Notes under the pieces: generated by a model
The model's input: only the letters and a program-made list of their open reading frames with translations
The model's database searches: none
Told to the model about the DNA's origin: nothing
Part shown: positions 9,123 through 18,778 of the stretch, piece after piece
How the letters are laid out: every line of letters starts with the position of its first letter
How positions within the stretch are numbered: position 1 is the stretch's first letter
DNA from: a virus
Length of the DNA: 64,000 nt
Strand: one strand, 5' to 3'
Virus record (IMG/VR): IMGVR_UViG_3300020477_001105
Coordinates: 1 to 64,000 of that record
Made by a program: the position numbers and the translations under genes

Positions 9123-10007
9123 TTATTTATTCATCAACAAATTTACACTGGCTTCTCCGACCATTGTCCCTTCGATGTTACAATATTTGCACGCTGATCC
9201 AGATCGGTCACCTTTAGATAGCATTTCTCGAACATTAGTAAACTCACTACCGAACCAAATTTCTTCTAATGTATTATTGTTAATATTTCCGAAACCTTTA
9301 TGCCTTCTAAACCAATCATTGCAACACAACAATGCTGACCCATCCCAGTCTAACACTAATTTATAAAACGGTAAATTACACGGTCGCTCAACATATACTT
9401 CTCCTTGCAAGTGTTCAAAGTCTACAGCTCCTGATCTGTTATTAAAATTGTTCCTATTCATCAAATCTTCGGTGGTCTCATCAGGATTAAACCACAGCTC
9501 TCGTATCTCATAATCCTCAATACCATTCTCTGTAAACATTTTTTCGAATTTCGTTTTGTGCTCCGGTCCATCGTAACAGCTAATAATCATATATGTTACA
9601 CCGCTATCATATATCTGTTTAATGACATCTACTGTTAATAAGTCACCGTTAGATGTTAGCGCTATTCTATTATCAGGTAAGTGTGATCTGAGCTCTGTGA
9701 CTAGTTTATAAAAGTTTTTGTTAGTTAGTGACTCTCCAAATCCGGAAATATGAAAATCGCACTCATAATTACTCTCCTTACATTTGATACCAATATTTCT
9801 CATAGTATCAATAGACATAAATAGTTTCTGGTTAGGGTATACGTCAGGATTATGTCTAGGACAAAAGCTGCACTTTCTAGTACATAGCTCAGTGATACAC
9901 AGCTCTATAACAGATAACCCTTTCAAACAATTTTTGAATGTATCTCTTTCTGAGTTTATAGTGTATCTGCTATACCTATTCTCCATGTGCTTTTTGATAG
10001 CTGCCAC
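9123..10007 (-). CDS. radical SAM enzyme with SPASM/twitch domain
   Basis: CTRKCSFC, SGFGES; C-terminal CNLPF...LCCND...CKYC. Confidence 0.93.
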   Translation of the reverse strand: MAAIKKHMENRYSRYTINSERDTFKNCLKGLSVIELCITELCTRKCSFCPRHNPDVYPNQKLFMSIDTMRNIGIKCKESNYECDFHISGFGESLTNKNFYKLVTELRSHLPDNRIALTSNGDLLTVDVIKQIYDSGVTYMIISCYDGPEHKTKFEKMFTENGIEDYEIRELWFNPDETTEDLMNRNNFNNRSGAVDFEHLQGEVYVERPCNLPFYKLVLDWDGSALLCCNDWFRRHKGFGNINNNTLEEIWFGSEFTNVREMLSKGDRSGSACKYCNIEGTMVGEASVNLLMNK

Positions 10008-10016
10008 CGAATATAT

Positions 10017-10235
10017 TTAAAGGAGAGGGCCTACTTGTTCAACAAACTCACGTCTAGCTTGCCGAATATCACACATAACACAGCTACGTCTATTATGTTT
10101 ACGGATAAAAGCTATACGTTTTTTGTACTTCTCAACATGATCAACAATATTACCAATGTCTTTTTCAATTTCTCTATCGTTCTCTACATCTAATGCAATA
10201 GTAGTAGCTGATGCTAACTGATCTAATGTGGCCAT
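10017..10235 (-). CDS. small hypothetical protein with CxxC
   Basis: ORF with its own TAAATA 5 nt upstream; contains SCVMCD. Confidence 0.6.
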   Translation of the reverse strand: MATLDQLASATTIALDVENDREIEKDIGNIVDHVEKYKKRIAFIRKHNRRSCVMCDIRQARREFVEQVGPLL

Positions 10236-10236
10236 A

Positions 10237-11181
10237 TTAGTATTTATCTACCTTCCTAAAAGCTTCTTGCCATTGATCAACGACAATTTGTACATCACAA
10301 TAAGGATTATCAGTTGTTTTAGTCTTATAATGTTCAACCATTCTATAAAATAACTCTTTGTCTTCTGTCAATCTAATAGCTTGATCTAAAAACTCATTCT
10401 CATCATTAGCAATTAAAAAATCTAATTCACTTTCTCTCAACCCTGCCATCTCAGGTGATATATTGAATATACCTGGAGTGTTCATATACCAGGCTTGATA
10501 TAACCTATTAGCTGTGCGGTGACCGTATTTACCTGAATTAGCTTCTCGTCCTGTCACTTTTCCTAGATAATTAGTTCTCCTTACACAAAAATAGACATCT
10601 TCATTACCTACATTATTGTCGTTTTCAAAATCAAATATTAAATCAATATTATAAGAGCGACATTTATCGATAAACTGTTGCTCTAGCATTTCTGGTATCA
10701 TGGTATGTTGCCGACCGACATACTTAAAACACTTCGGAGGAAAAGAAGGTTCACACTTCTTAACGTTAAATGTAGGTGGGTAATGAATAAAGTGCCATTT
10801 ACTCTTATCTTGCACCCACGTATTCAAGGCATTCTCAATACCATACCTCTTTATAGTTTCGATATCTTTTGTAGGTTGCAGAATACCTCTATTAGCTGCA
10901 ATATATAGTGTCGTGTTGTCGACACACGGTCTATCAGTAACAACCTGTATAGTCTTATATGCATTAAAATCTATAATGTCTCTGTTATCGTAGTGATATA
11001 CAATTGTATCAAATTTAGTTAAATCATCATCAGGCGATACCATGTATACATCTAATCCGTGATTTTTTAATATCCAATAGTAGTAACCTGTAGCGCTGTG
11101 CTTACCGTGAAGGTATTGATAGGCATCTAAATTATCCCTGTAATTAGGTAAGTTTATGTCACACAGAAATCCGATCATCAC
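10237..11181 (-). CDS. putative GT-B-like glycosyltransferase-related protein
   Basis: Cluster context; C-terminal ANRLYQAW..TPGIF resembles GT-B nucleotide-binding halves. Weak call. Confidence 0.45.
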   Translation of the reverse strand: MMIGFLCDINLPNYRDNLDAYQYLHGKHSATGYYYWILKNHGLDVYMVSPDDDLTKFDTIVYHYDNRDIIDFNAYKTIQVVTDRPCVDNTTLYIAANRGILQPTKDIETIKRYGIENALNTWVQDKSKWHFIHYPPTFNVKKCEPSFPPKCFKYVGRQHTMIPEMLEQQFIDKCRSYNIDLIFDFENDNNVGNEDVYFCVRRTNYLGKVTGREANSGKYGHRTANRLYQAWYMNTPGIFNISPEMAGLRESELDFLIANDENEFLDQAIRLTEDKELFYRMVEHYKTKTTDNPYCDVQIVVDQWQEAFRKVDKY

Positions 11182-11872
11182 TTATATCAATTAATTTATT
11201 TTGTCGCATCAAGGTATTCAAATATATTCTCTCGTTCATATAATTATGATCACTATTAATGATATGATCCGGGTTCCAATACCATGATGATTGTAGAAAA
11301 CAGTCAAACCCGGTTATATATATTTCTGCATCACGGAACCGCAACAATGCTGCTTGGATCACTCTTATACCAACTGATGGCTCTATCAATACTGGTTTAC
11401 CTTTTTTATCTTTAATTATTTTTGATGGCAATTTTAGCTTATAGGAAAGCTTATTAATTAATGTATATGGGTAGTACCGAATTTTACTTGTAGGTAGTTC
11501 GAAGTGGTTTAGATATTTTTCGTGTGTTTCAATATCACCATCTTTAAGAGGTGTATCGTTTTTAAGACTGTATTCAAGATAGTTCTTTAAATAGGAATTT
11601 CTAGGGTGATGCTTCTTGTACGGATCGCAGAACATGAACCAATATACATCTACATCACTAACGTGGCTCATGTCGTTAGGGTGATATGGTGGCTTGTTCT
11701 CAAACCAACTAAACCATTTACTAGCATATATATCCACCTTCGTACCAGTATACTCCTCATAACCGTCAGTAACGTACTGCTTCATTCGAATGACTTTATC
11801 ACAACTATCAATAAATTTTCCATTCTTGTTATTAAGAATAGATCCCCCGTTACCAATGATAGCTACTTTCAT
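11159..11872 (-). CDS. GT29 (sialyltransferase)-like glycosyltransferase, paralog 1
   Basis: Sialylmotif L-like IIGNGGS..NGKFIDSCDKVIR..GYEEYTGTK, S-like PSVG..ITGFD, WYW, VS-like HNYMNE. Confidence 0.82.
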   Translation of the reverse strand: MKVAIIGNGGSILNNKNGKFIDSCDKVIRMKQYVTDGYEEYTGTKVDIYASKWFSWFENKPPYHPNDMSHVSDVDVYWFMFCDPYKKHHPRNSYLKNYLEYSLKNDTPLKDGDIETHEKYLNHFELPTSKIRYYPYTLINKLSYKLKLPSKIIKDKKGKPVLIEPSVGIRVIQAALLRFRDAEIYITGFDCFLQSSWYWNPDHIINSDHNYMNERIYLNTLMRQNKLIDISDDRISV

Positions 11873-12822
11873 TCGATAATATCCTTATGATTAGTCACAG
11901 TCATTCGAATAAACTTTCTTTCACTGACTTCAATCAGCTTAACGTCAGCAATTTTCGAAAGCTCATTCCAAAGCTTAGCAGTGTATGTCATAAGCACATA
12001 GTTACCTATGCACGGTATACACTTATATTTACTCTCAATTTGACGCTTCGCTTTTTTTAGTCGACTCACTGACTCTTCTATCATATCAGGATTATCGTAT
12101 ATGTATTGAATAAATTTAACACCTACACCAGATATCTCATATGCCGGCTTGGTTAAGCTAACACAGTCTATATTACTAGGTTGTGTAACAATGTAACCTA
12201 TACGCATACCTGCGCCTCCAGCTGCTTTACTTAATGTTCGTAGTATGTATAAGTTGTCATACTTATCTACCAGGTGCTCAGATGTGTAATAATTATTAAA
12301 TTCATAATACGCTTCATCAACGATAACATTTTTATTATGTTGACATAACTTCTCTACAATACTATTAGTGATTCTTGTACCTGTAGGGTTATTTGGATTG
12401 ACGATATAAACAACATCATATCCTGTAGCGTTAGTAGCTGTTGTAAACTTATTATTGTGATATGTGTACTGAGTAACATTACAGTCGTAAGAATATATCT
12501 CACCATATACTCCGGTCATTTGAAATGTCGGGTTCCAGTATTTTAATGACTTGCAGTTTTGCAGCTTAAAATATTCCAATAGTATTTTAAGACCTTGCTC
12601 TGAACCGTTACACAAAAGCAATTTATTTGGTTCAATGTTTATAGTGGCACTTAGCGCTTTATAAGCTTTAGGTAAGTCAGGGTACAGTACAATATCTTCA
12701 GGTGTTAAGCATTTGTAAAATTCTCTGTATCTATCACGTAATACAAAATCAAAGTTTTCGTTGCGATCCAGGCCAAGAAACTTACGTACAAATTTTTTAT
12801 CTCTCCATGATGTTCTTTTCAT
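11869..12822 (-). CDS. HisC/CobD-like PLP-dependent enzyme (aminotransferase class I/II)
   Basis: NPNNPTG, VDEAYYEF and RTLSKAAGGAGMRIGY. Confidence 0.9.
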   Translation of the reverse strand: MKRTSWRDKKFVRKFLGLDRNENFDFVLRDRYREFYKCLTPEDIVLYPDLPKAYKALSATINIEPNKLLLCNGSEQGLKILLEYFKLQNCKSLKYWNPTFQMTGVYGEIYSYDCNVTQYTYHNNKFTTATNATGYDVVYIVNPNNPTGTRITNSIVEKLCQHNKNVIVDEAYYEFNNYYTSEHLVDKYDNLYILRTLSKAAGGAGMRIGYIVTQPSNIDCVSLTKPAYEISGVGVKFIQYIYDNPDMIEESVSRLKKAKRQIESKYKCIPCIGNYVLMTYTAKLWNELSKIADVKLIEVSERKFIRMTVTNHKDIIE

Positions 12823-13400
12823 TACTTAGAAATGTCTATGATGTGGCCTTTAGCTTCTAGCTTCTTATAATAGCTCATCTCTTCGAGAATGCAATTTCTA
12901 AAATCAGCAGTACAATCATGTGACGGGTCCCAATACCAGCCAGACGTCATAAAATCAAATCCTGTGGTATATATAGGAACGTCAAAATTGTCCATAGCCA
13001 TTTGGATGGCTATAATACCTACTGATGGTTCTCCATTTTTAAAATTTTTATCTAATAACCGCCTACTCTTATTAGATAGAAATCTGATATCCGGTTTGTA
13101 TAAGTTAAATGCTTTTATATTCTCTACATGGTCGCGCTCCGTTATTTCCTTCTTCCCACCTAGAGCGTGCCACATTGTAGGTGGTTTTGGATGAGGAAAC
13201 CAAAACTCATTATGGTCATGAATTCGATAAACTATCTTATGCCATTTAGCGCAATATACATCCAACTTAGAACCTACGTAACTCTGATACCCGTCAACTG
13301 TGAAAGTATTAACTCGTACGACCCTGTCACATTTATCAATAAATTCACCATTCCGATTATTTAATGCACATTGACCGTTACCTATAACTACAGTTTTCAT
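12822..13400 (-). CDS. GT29-like glycosyltransferase, paralog 2
   Basis: VIGNG..NGEFIDKCDRVVRVN..GY..YVGSK, PSVG, TGFD, WYW. Confidence 0.8.
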   Translation of the reverse strand: MKTVVIGNGQCALNNRNGEFIDKCDRVVRVNTFTVDGYQSYVGSKLDVYCAKWHKIVYRIHDHNEFWFPHPKPPTMWHALGGKKEITERDHVENIKAFNLYKPDIRFLSNKSRRLLDKNFKNGEPSVGIIAIQMAMDNFDVPIYTTGFDFMTSGWYWDPSHDCTADFRNCILEEMSYYKKLEAKGHIIDISK

Positions 13401-14134
13401 TTTATCTCAATAAGTACCTCTACATACCTTCTTCTATTTTTAGGTGACGGGTGGTCGCACTCGAATGAGCCAGCACAATGAACGGCGGTTTCTGGACTCA
13501 TAGGAAAACATACAAAATTATTGCTACCATACTCTACCGTTTTACCTATTTTTAAGCTGTCCTTATTTTTCACGTACACACCGTCATACTGCGTATCTTG
13601 AGACGTTTCATACATTAAAAAATCTCGTCCATTGCTTTGGTCATCAACTCTCTTCATATAAAAGAGTATACCGCATATTTTCTTACACTTATCATAATGA
13701 GGTGACCTAGAATGGTGCTGTGTGTGTTTATGAGGGTCTTCTAAAATAAACATAGCATCTATGTTTATGGACTTTGGCTTATCACTATATCTTATACCAA
13801 AATTACCTTTTCGGAGATCACTATACACACCTAACCCTTTCTTTATTATATGGTCTCCAAATAAACATAAACACCTATCAACAAAATATTGAGTAGTATG
13901 ATATTCTAAAAAATTATACCATATGTCTGTTACGTCATTTACGTCGATTTTAGCAAAGCTTAGACTGTATTTTCCAGGCTCAGGATGTGAGCCTTTATCT
14001 ATAATTAACTGCTCAGGAAACGTTTTATTGAGGTCATCGTATAACTTTTGCGGTAGAACGTGATCCTTACTAATATGAGTAAACGGGTACGTGCTCACAT
14101 GGCTTTTATTGACATTATCTAATAACCCATTCAT
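13397..14134 (-). CDS. 2OG-Fe(II) oxygenase superfamily protein
   Basis: YPFTHI..LP..LY N-terminus, HxD (PHYD), distal His (AVHC) and Arg (RRRY). Confidence 0.75.
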   Translation of the reverse strand: MNGLLDNVNKSHVSTYPFTHISKDHVLPQKLYDDLNKTFPEQLIIDKGSHPEPGKYSLSFAKIDVNDVTDIWYNFLEYHTTQYFVDRCLCLFGDHIIKKGLGVYSDLRKGNFGIRYSDKPKSINIDAMFILEDPHKHTQHHSRSPHYDKCKKICGILFYMKRVDDQSNGRDFLMYETSQDTQYDGVYVKNKDSLKIGKTVEYGSNNFVCFPMSPETAVHCAGSFECDHPSPKNRRRYVEVLIEIK

Positions 14135-14760
14135 AATACATTTATCCTTTTTGTTGATACTAATTTCTTGAACTGAGTATACTGCTGTAATATTGGAGAC
14201 ACATTTACATAATCTTTATACAGTTGTCGTTGTCTATTAAAATAATACCCTGTATCTAGAAAATATCCATCAAACCCAGTAACATATATCTTTGAGTTGG
14301 TAAAGATATAACATGCCATATCAATGGCAACAGTGCCAGTGTCAGGAATATTAAAATTACATCTCCGATCAGATGAGGTTGCGAGTAACCCATTATATGG
14401 GTAGTATATGTCCTTATATGCTAACTGCACATCTTCGGGTATATAAGTCACATTTAAATCTTTTACTGCTCTAGAATTTCTATGTGTAGACGCTACACCG
14501 GGGTAATGTGAACACCAATCATGAGGTGGAGAGGGATATGCCAACCAAATATCAATTTTTCTTACTCTATCAAAATTGCGTTCTAGTTTTTTCCATCTAG
14601 ATACGTATACATCAGTTTTTGACCCGACACAGTCTTCGTAACCGTCAATAACATAATTACCCATTCGGATTACAACATCACACCTATCAATAAACTGCCC
14701 GTTGCTCTCCTTAGCGGCACTTGGACCATTACCTATTATGCATACGCTGTGTGGCATCAT
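14131..14760 (-). CDS. GT29-like glycosyltransferase, paralog 3
   Basis: CIIGNGPS..NGQFIDRCDVVIRM..GYEDCVGSKTD, PDTG, VTGFD, YYF. Confidence 0.8.
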   Translation of the reverse strand: MMPHSVCIIGNGPSAAKESNGQFIDRCDVVIRMGNYVIDGYEDCVGSKTDVYVSRWKKLERNFDRVRKIDIWLAYPSPPHDWCSHYPGVASTHRNSRAVKDLNVTYIPEDVQLAYKDIYYPYNGLLATSSDRRCNFNIPDTGTVAIDMACYIFTNSKIYVTGFDGYFLDTGYYFNRQRQLYKDYVNVSPILQQYTQFKKLVSTKRINVL

Positions 14761-15193
14761 TAATTACCTTATTTTCTGTAGATGTAAATTTATTTTCTAA
14801 ACTACGAAGTTCTATGTATCTATCATCAATAATGCACGGTATTTTAGAAATTTGGTGCCATATCGCAATAGCTACTCTGTGTTTACCGTTTAAAATATCA
14901 TAATTAGGAGTTAAAAAGACTGAATTATGATACCTGTTACTATCAAATGTTTTTCGACCTGGGTTACTGTAGAACCACCATAGTACATCCTCGTTAGTTA
15001 TTTGATAATTATCAATCCATCCGTGTTTGTCAAAGCTTCTAATTAAGCGCAAATATCTATATAAGCATTTTTTACTTTTATGTTTGGCATATATGTCATA
15101 TCCTAAATCATGCTTACCGTAAAATTGCTCTACAACTAAATAGTATATAGCGGCTGAGTCTATTTTCACATCACTTAAGCTCACAAACATCAT
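14729..15193 (-). CDS. ParB/Srx-like domain protein
   Basis: ILNGKHRVAIA..IPC matches the ParB-N G.HR motif. Confidence 0.55.
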   Translation of the reverse strand: MMFVSLSDVKIDSAAIYYLVVEQFYGKHDLGYDIYAKHKSKKCLYRYLRLIRSFDKHGWIDNYQITNEDVLWWFYSNPGRKTFDSNRYHNSVFLTPNYDILNGKHRVAIAIWHQISKIPCIIDDRYIELRSLENKFTSTENKVINDATQRMHNR

Positions 15194-15746
15194 TATTATT
15201 TATTAACCGCCTAATGTGCATAGTCTCAGTTAATATATTGTGATTATCATTCCACTGCTTGATATCAGTGTCCCAGTACTTACCGCTGAATCTAGTATCA
15301 CTCATGTCTAAAGAATAACCTGTAATATACAATTTATATGTCGGTAAATATTCGCCTGCCATCATTACACCTGCTGTTCCTAGCGTAATATCGGGAGTCT
15401 TTAATTCCGTACACATATCTTGTATGTCTATGTACTTCTCATTAGTAATATTATATTCTTGTAAATTACATGCATGCTCAGCGGCTGAACCATACCTATC
15501 GCTAAATTTATTTGGTGGTTCTGGATGTGGAAACCATACGTCACCTATAGTGTCTCTCTCTACGGGGTCAATGTTGATATATTTACCCCATCTCGTTATA
15601 CATATATCTGTACGAGTGCCTACATAATCTTCATATCCAGAGATAACGAATTTACCTAACCTGATGACTTTATCAAAAGAGTCAATCAGATTCCCATTTT
15701 TTGCATCCAATACACTAGATGAATTACCTACTACTATCGCTTTCAT
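15171..15746 (-). CDS. GT29-like glycosyltransferase, paralog 4
   Basis: VVGNSSS..NGNLIDSFDKVIRL..GYEDYVGTRTD, TLG, ITGY, KYW, VS-like HNILTE. Confidence 0.8.
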   Translation of the reverse strand: MKAIVVGNSSSVLDAKNGNLIDSFDKVIRLGKFVISGYEDYVGTRTDICITRWGKYINIDPVERDTIGDVWFPHPEPPNKFSDRYGSAAEHACNLQEYNITNEKYIDIQDMCTELKTPDITLGTAGVMMAGEYLPTYKLYITGYSLDMSDTRFSGKYWDTDIKQWNDNHNILTETMHIRRLINNNDVCELK

Positions 15747-16575
15747 AGCACCGTCTTAAAATATCAAATTGCTCCTTTCCATACACCTTTCCGTTGACGT
15801 CGCATTTGTTACAAGGTGATAGTGATCTATCAGAAGCAATTAAATTTGTTCTATATCGTTTCATTTCATCTGAAATCCAAATATCACTTATACATGAATC
15901 ATGAATATTTCCTATGACCCCGTTGCGTCCCCAATCTTGATCACATAGCAATATGTCACCGTTCCAATCAACCTGGCACTTATTGAATGGTAAATAGCAC
16001 ACATCATTATATTGTTCTTTTATCTGCCTCGTTTTAACATACCCGCTTCTATTATTCATATTCTCTATACCATAGTCTTGATTAGAGCTGTGATACCTCT
16101 CACGCAAGGTGTATGGTAATATATCATCAATTACTTCTTTGAGAGCGTCAATCTGGTCAGGTCCATCATACATAGAGACAATAATATTTGTTACACCGTT
16201 ATCTCGAAGATCTTTAACAGTGTCTCGTGTTAGCATATCTCCGTTAGTTACGACAGTGACACATTTAAATGAACAGTTATTGTTTGTTATAGCCTTGCAT
16301 AATTTATGTAACTGCGAGTGTAGTAGTGGTTCTCCAAACCCTGTAATAAACACTTCACCAGTATATTGTATATCTCTCAAATCTTCACCGATTTTGGTGG
16401 CGGTTGAGATTGACATGCGAAGATTTCGATTCGGGTACACTGACGGGTCCGATCGAGGGCAAAATACACATTTTCGGTTACATAGCTCAATCGGATTTAT
16501 GGTCACACGCATCAATGTACTCTTGATGATATCTATTCCAGATGTCTGCATAAGCTGTGTTTCTGTAATTATCAA
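15724..16575 (-). CDS. radical SAM enzyme with SPASM/twitch domain (paralog of 9123..10007)
   Basis: CNRKCVFC, TGFGEP, NNRSG, CYLPF..LCDQD..CNKC. The true start may be 16512. Confidence 0.93.
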   Translation of the reverse strand: MIITETQLMQTSGIDIIKSTLMRVTINPIELCNRKCVFCPRSDPSVYPNRNLRMSISTATKIGEDLRDIQYTGEVFITGFGEPLLHSQLHKLCKAITNNNCSFKCVTVVTNGDMLTRDTVKDLRDNGVTNIIVSMYDGPDQIDALKEVIDDILPYTLRERYHSSNQDYGIENMNNRSGYVKTRQIKEQYNDVCYLPFNKCQVDWNGDILLCDQDWGRNGVIGNIHDSCISDIWISDEMKRYRTNLIASDRSLSPCNKCDVNGKVYGKEQFDILRRCYESDSSR

Positions 16576-17179
16576 GCCACGGACCTCCAGCGGTATAATG
16601 CAGTGCTCTAGGGTGGCCGTCTTTTGGCTCCTGGTACCAGTCTGTTAACCAATTCCATGTATGGTGCACCTCACCTATTTCATGATCCTCTAACCACATA
16701 AATCTGTGAAGATATTGGCCTGTTTCAGTATTTACTAATTTTCGTGTAACTTTCTCGTTTGAAGAGTGTTCACAATTCCACAATACCATGGATGACCAAT
16801 TTTTTCTAGGATATTGGTGTTGCACCTTTCCGTCCATTTTTGTTACCTGTTTTGGCTTATAATCATGCTTAACAACCATCACAGCATACCTGTCATCTAC
16901 TAACTCAAATAAATTATAGATATCACGGAGCCACAAAAAGTCAGAATCACAGAATACCGCCCATCCTTTATAGTCATTAAGATATGGTACTAGAAATCTA
17001 CTGAACGTAAATTCAGTTGATGATAGAGGGTCATCAGGTCTACTATACATTAAATTATAGCGTAAATCAGTTAACTTTAACGGTTTAACTTTAGCCAAGC
17101 TACAATGTTTTTTAATAGAGTACTTACAAACGTCGTAGGCTATAGGTTCTCTGCTATCCCATCCTACATATACGTTCAT
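16487..17179 (-). CDS. GT8-like (GT-A fold) glycosyltransferase
   Basis: YVGWDSRE, STEFTFSRFLVP, DxD (CDSD), YPRKNWSS and HYTAGGPW. Confidence 0.85.
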   Translation of the reverse strand: MNVYVGWDSREPIAYDVCKYSIKKHCSLAKVKPLKLTDLRYNLMYSRPDDPLSSTEFTFSRFLVPYLNDYKGWAVFCDSDFLWLRDIYNLFELVDDRYAVMVVKHDYKPKQVTKMDGKVQHQYPRKNWSSMVLWNCEHSSNEKVTRKLVNTETGQYLHRFMWLEDHEIGEVHHTWNWLTDWYQEPKDGHPRALHYTAGGPWLDNYRNTAYADIWNRYHQEYIDACDHKSD

Positions 17180-17183
17180 ATAA

Positions 17184-17966
17184 TTACTTAATAACGAAGT
17201 CAGGAGGTGGTAATAATAACGGTGGCCAGAACTTACCTAATTCTTGAGGTGTCGTATGTATATTTAAGTCTAATTCGCTAGGTAATGCGTTTAACAGTTT
17301 TTTAATATCCTGTACAGCTTCAATCTCCTCTACTGGTCCATCCGCTTCCACGATAGCATCAATCTCATTATCGAGATATTTTATAGCATCATCTTTAGCT
17401 GATATAATTGCATTTTTCCAATTACTTCGAGCTCGCTTCATAACCTCATCTGTTGGTTCGTATACTTCAGACCATTTAAGATCCATAATCTCATACGTTT
17501 TTCTGTTATGAGATTCTAGGAAGTGTTCTATTTTTTCTACATTTGTCAAATTAGGCTTTAGTGTAGAGAAGTGATTACAACACTGAGGTATATAGTCACA
17601 CACATCTTTTAAATACTCAAACACCTCTTTACTCTCTGTATCAGTTTGCGGATTCGTGAAGTAATTAGGTCCCACTTCAGAGGGTAGGAACATAAATTCA
17701 AATTCATCTATTTTATCCTCAGCACAATCGAGAACAATATAGTCTTTATTTCTAATATCCCAAACCCAGATTTTATCACCTGTTAGTTTGTACTTCTTAC
17801 TACCGTCATCGAACAGTTTACCATCTGTCAGCAAATTTTCAGCTACAAGGAGTCTATTAAGTGTGCAGTGCACCACAGTGCGTTCTTCTTTATCTATATC
17901 AGTGCTATATGTAACCTTTACATATACCCACGGTAAGGCGTTTTCTATTGCTTCTCTTATAGTCAT
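17184..17966 (-). CDS. hypothetical protein, possible fibre assembly chaperone
   Basis: Directly downstream of the fibre genes; helical C-terminus ending FWPPLL. Function inferred from position only. Confidence 0.4.
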   Translation of the reverse strand: MTIREAIENALPWVYVKVTYSTDIDKEERTVVHCTLNRLLVAENLLTDGKLFDDGSKKYKLTGDKIWVWDIRNKDYIVLDCAEDKIDEFEFMFLPSEVGPNYFTNPQTDTESKEVFEYLKDVCDYIPQCCNHFSTLKPNLTNVEKIEHFLESHNRKTYEIMDLKWSEVYEPTDEVMKRARSNWKNAIISAKDDAIKYLDNEIDAIVEADGPVEEIEAVQDIKKLLNALPSELDLNIHTTPQELGKFWPPLLLPPPDFVIK

Positions 17967-18778
17967 GATATCTCAGTCAGTTCAACGTCAAGCATACTGT
18001 AATTGACTTTTATGTAACCATTGTCATCTATCAACACAGCCTCTGGCAATACCTCTTGTATCTCTTTACCCATTACACCGGAAAATTTTCTGTTTGGATT
18101 TGTTCTATATGCAAATGAATATATATTATACCCCTTCCCAGATTTACCTATATACTTAATATCTGTCTTTAAACGGTTATCGGAAGTTAAATAATGATCA
18201 GGTACCGTTACACTAGCGTCTACGATCTCCGCAGCTGCTAAGGTGCCGTAACCTGGACCACTGCCCGAAGAGCTATCACCCGCACCGCAACCGTTATTAT
18301 CTTTCATGTAAAAATACCAAGTCCTATCACCAGTGTTGTTATGTAGGTCAGAAAATTGGTATGTTGTATTAGATCCGCTGCTAATCCAACCATTAGACTG
18401 CTGGCTATTCCCATGATATACAGATCTAGCATAATAATACGGTGTAGCGTTTGCATCACTTTGAGCGTAAGTTGTGAGAGTTAGATCTACTATACCATAT
18501 TTAAACCCACCGCGATTTCCTTCCGCCTCCGGTCGGCAATAATTTTGCACAACAGTAGCAGCGAGACCGTACAATTTATGAGCACTACGATACTCACTCA
18601 TTTTATAAGGTGCACTTCCATCATTATTAGGCATACAGTGATTCTGGTGATCTGCAACTGATCTGGCAGACAGACTCATATTGGTGCCACCACCGTTACC
18701 AGCAAAATATCCAATGCTGTCAGTGTCATCAGCACCTCTGAGCTTTATCTGCCCTGTATTATCAATACTATTACCCAT
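17963..18778 (-). CDS. short fibre/spike protein with C-terminal peptidase S74 chaperone
   Basis: TSDNRLKTDI..GVMGKEI..VNYS C-terminal chaperone. Confidence 0.8.
   Translation of the reverse strand: MGNSIDNTGQIKLRGADDTDSIGYFAGNGGGTNMSLSARSVADHQNHCMPNNDGSAPYKMSEYRSAHKLYGLAATVVQNYCRPEAEGNRGGFKYGIVDLTLTTYAQSDANATPYYYARSVYHGNSQQSNGWISSGSNTTYQFSDLHNNTGDRTWYFYMKDNNGCGAGDSSSGSGPGYGTLAAAEIVDASVTVPDHYLTSDNRLKTDIKYIGKSGKGYNIYSFAYRTNPNRKFSGVMGKEIQEVLPEAVLIDDNGYIKVNYSMLDVELTEIS

Noticed and set aside
10017-10235. Small ORF next to a radical SAM gene as a RiPP precursor
   Set aside because: No leader/core pattern, RRE/PqqD, peptidase or transporter; the context is glycosyltransferases.
16109-16648. Long antisense ORFs (also 3505..3852, 19432..19797, 39498..39920, 57942..58367)
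   Set aside because: They are shadows of well-supported minus-strand genes.
5450-17179. Host chromosomal DNA (clpC, hisC-like, GTs) flanking a prophage
   Set aside because: These genes are interleaved with fibre-like genes and share the phage TAAATA promoter motif; no integrase or att site was seen.
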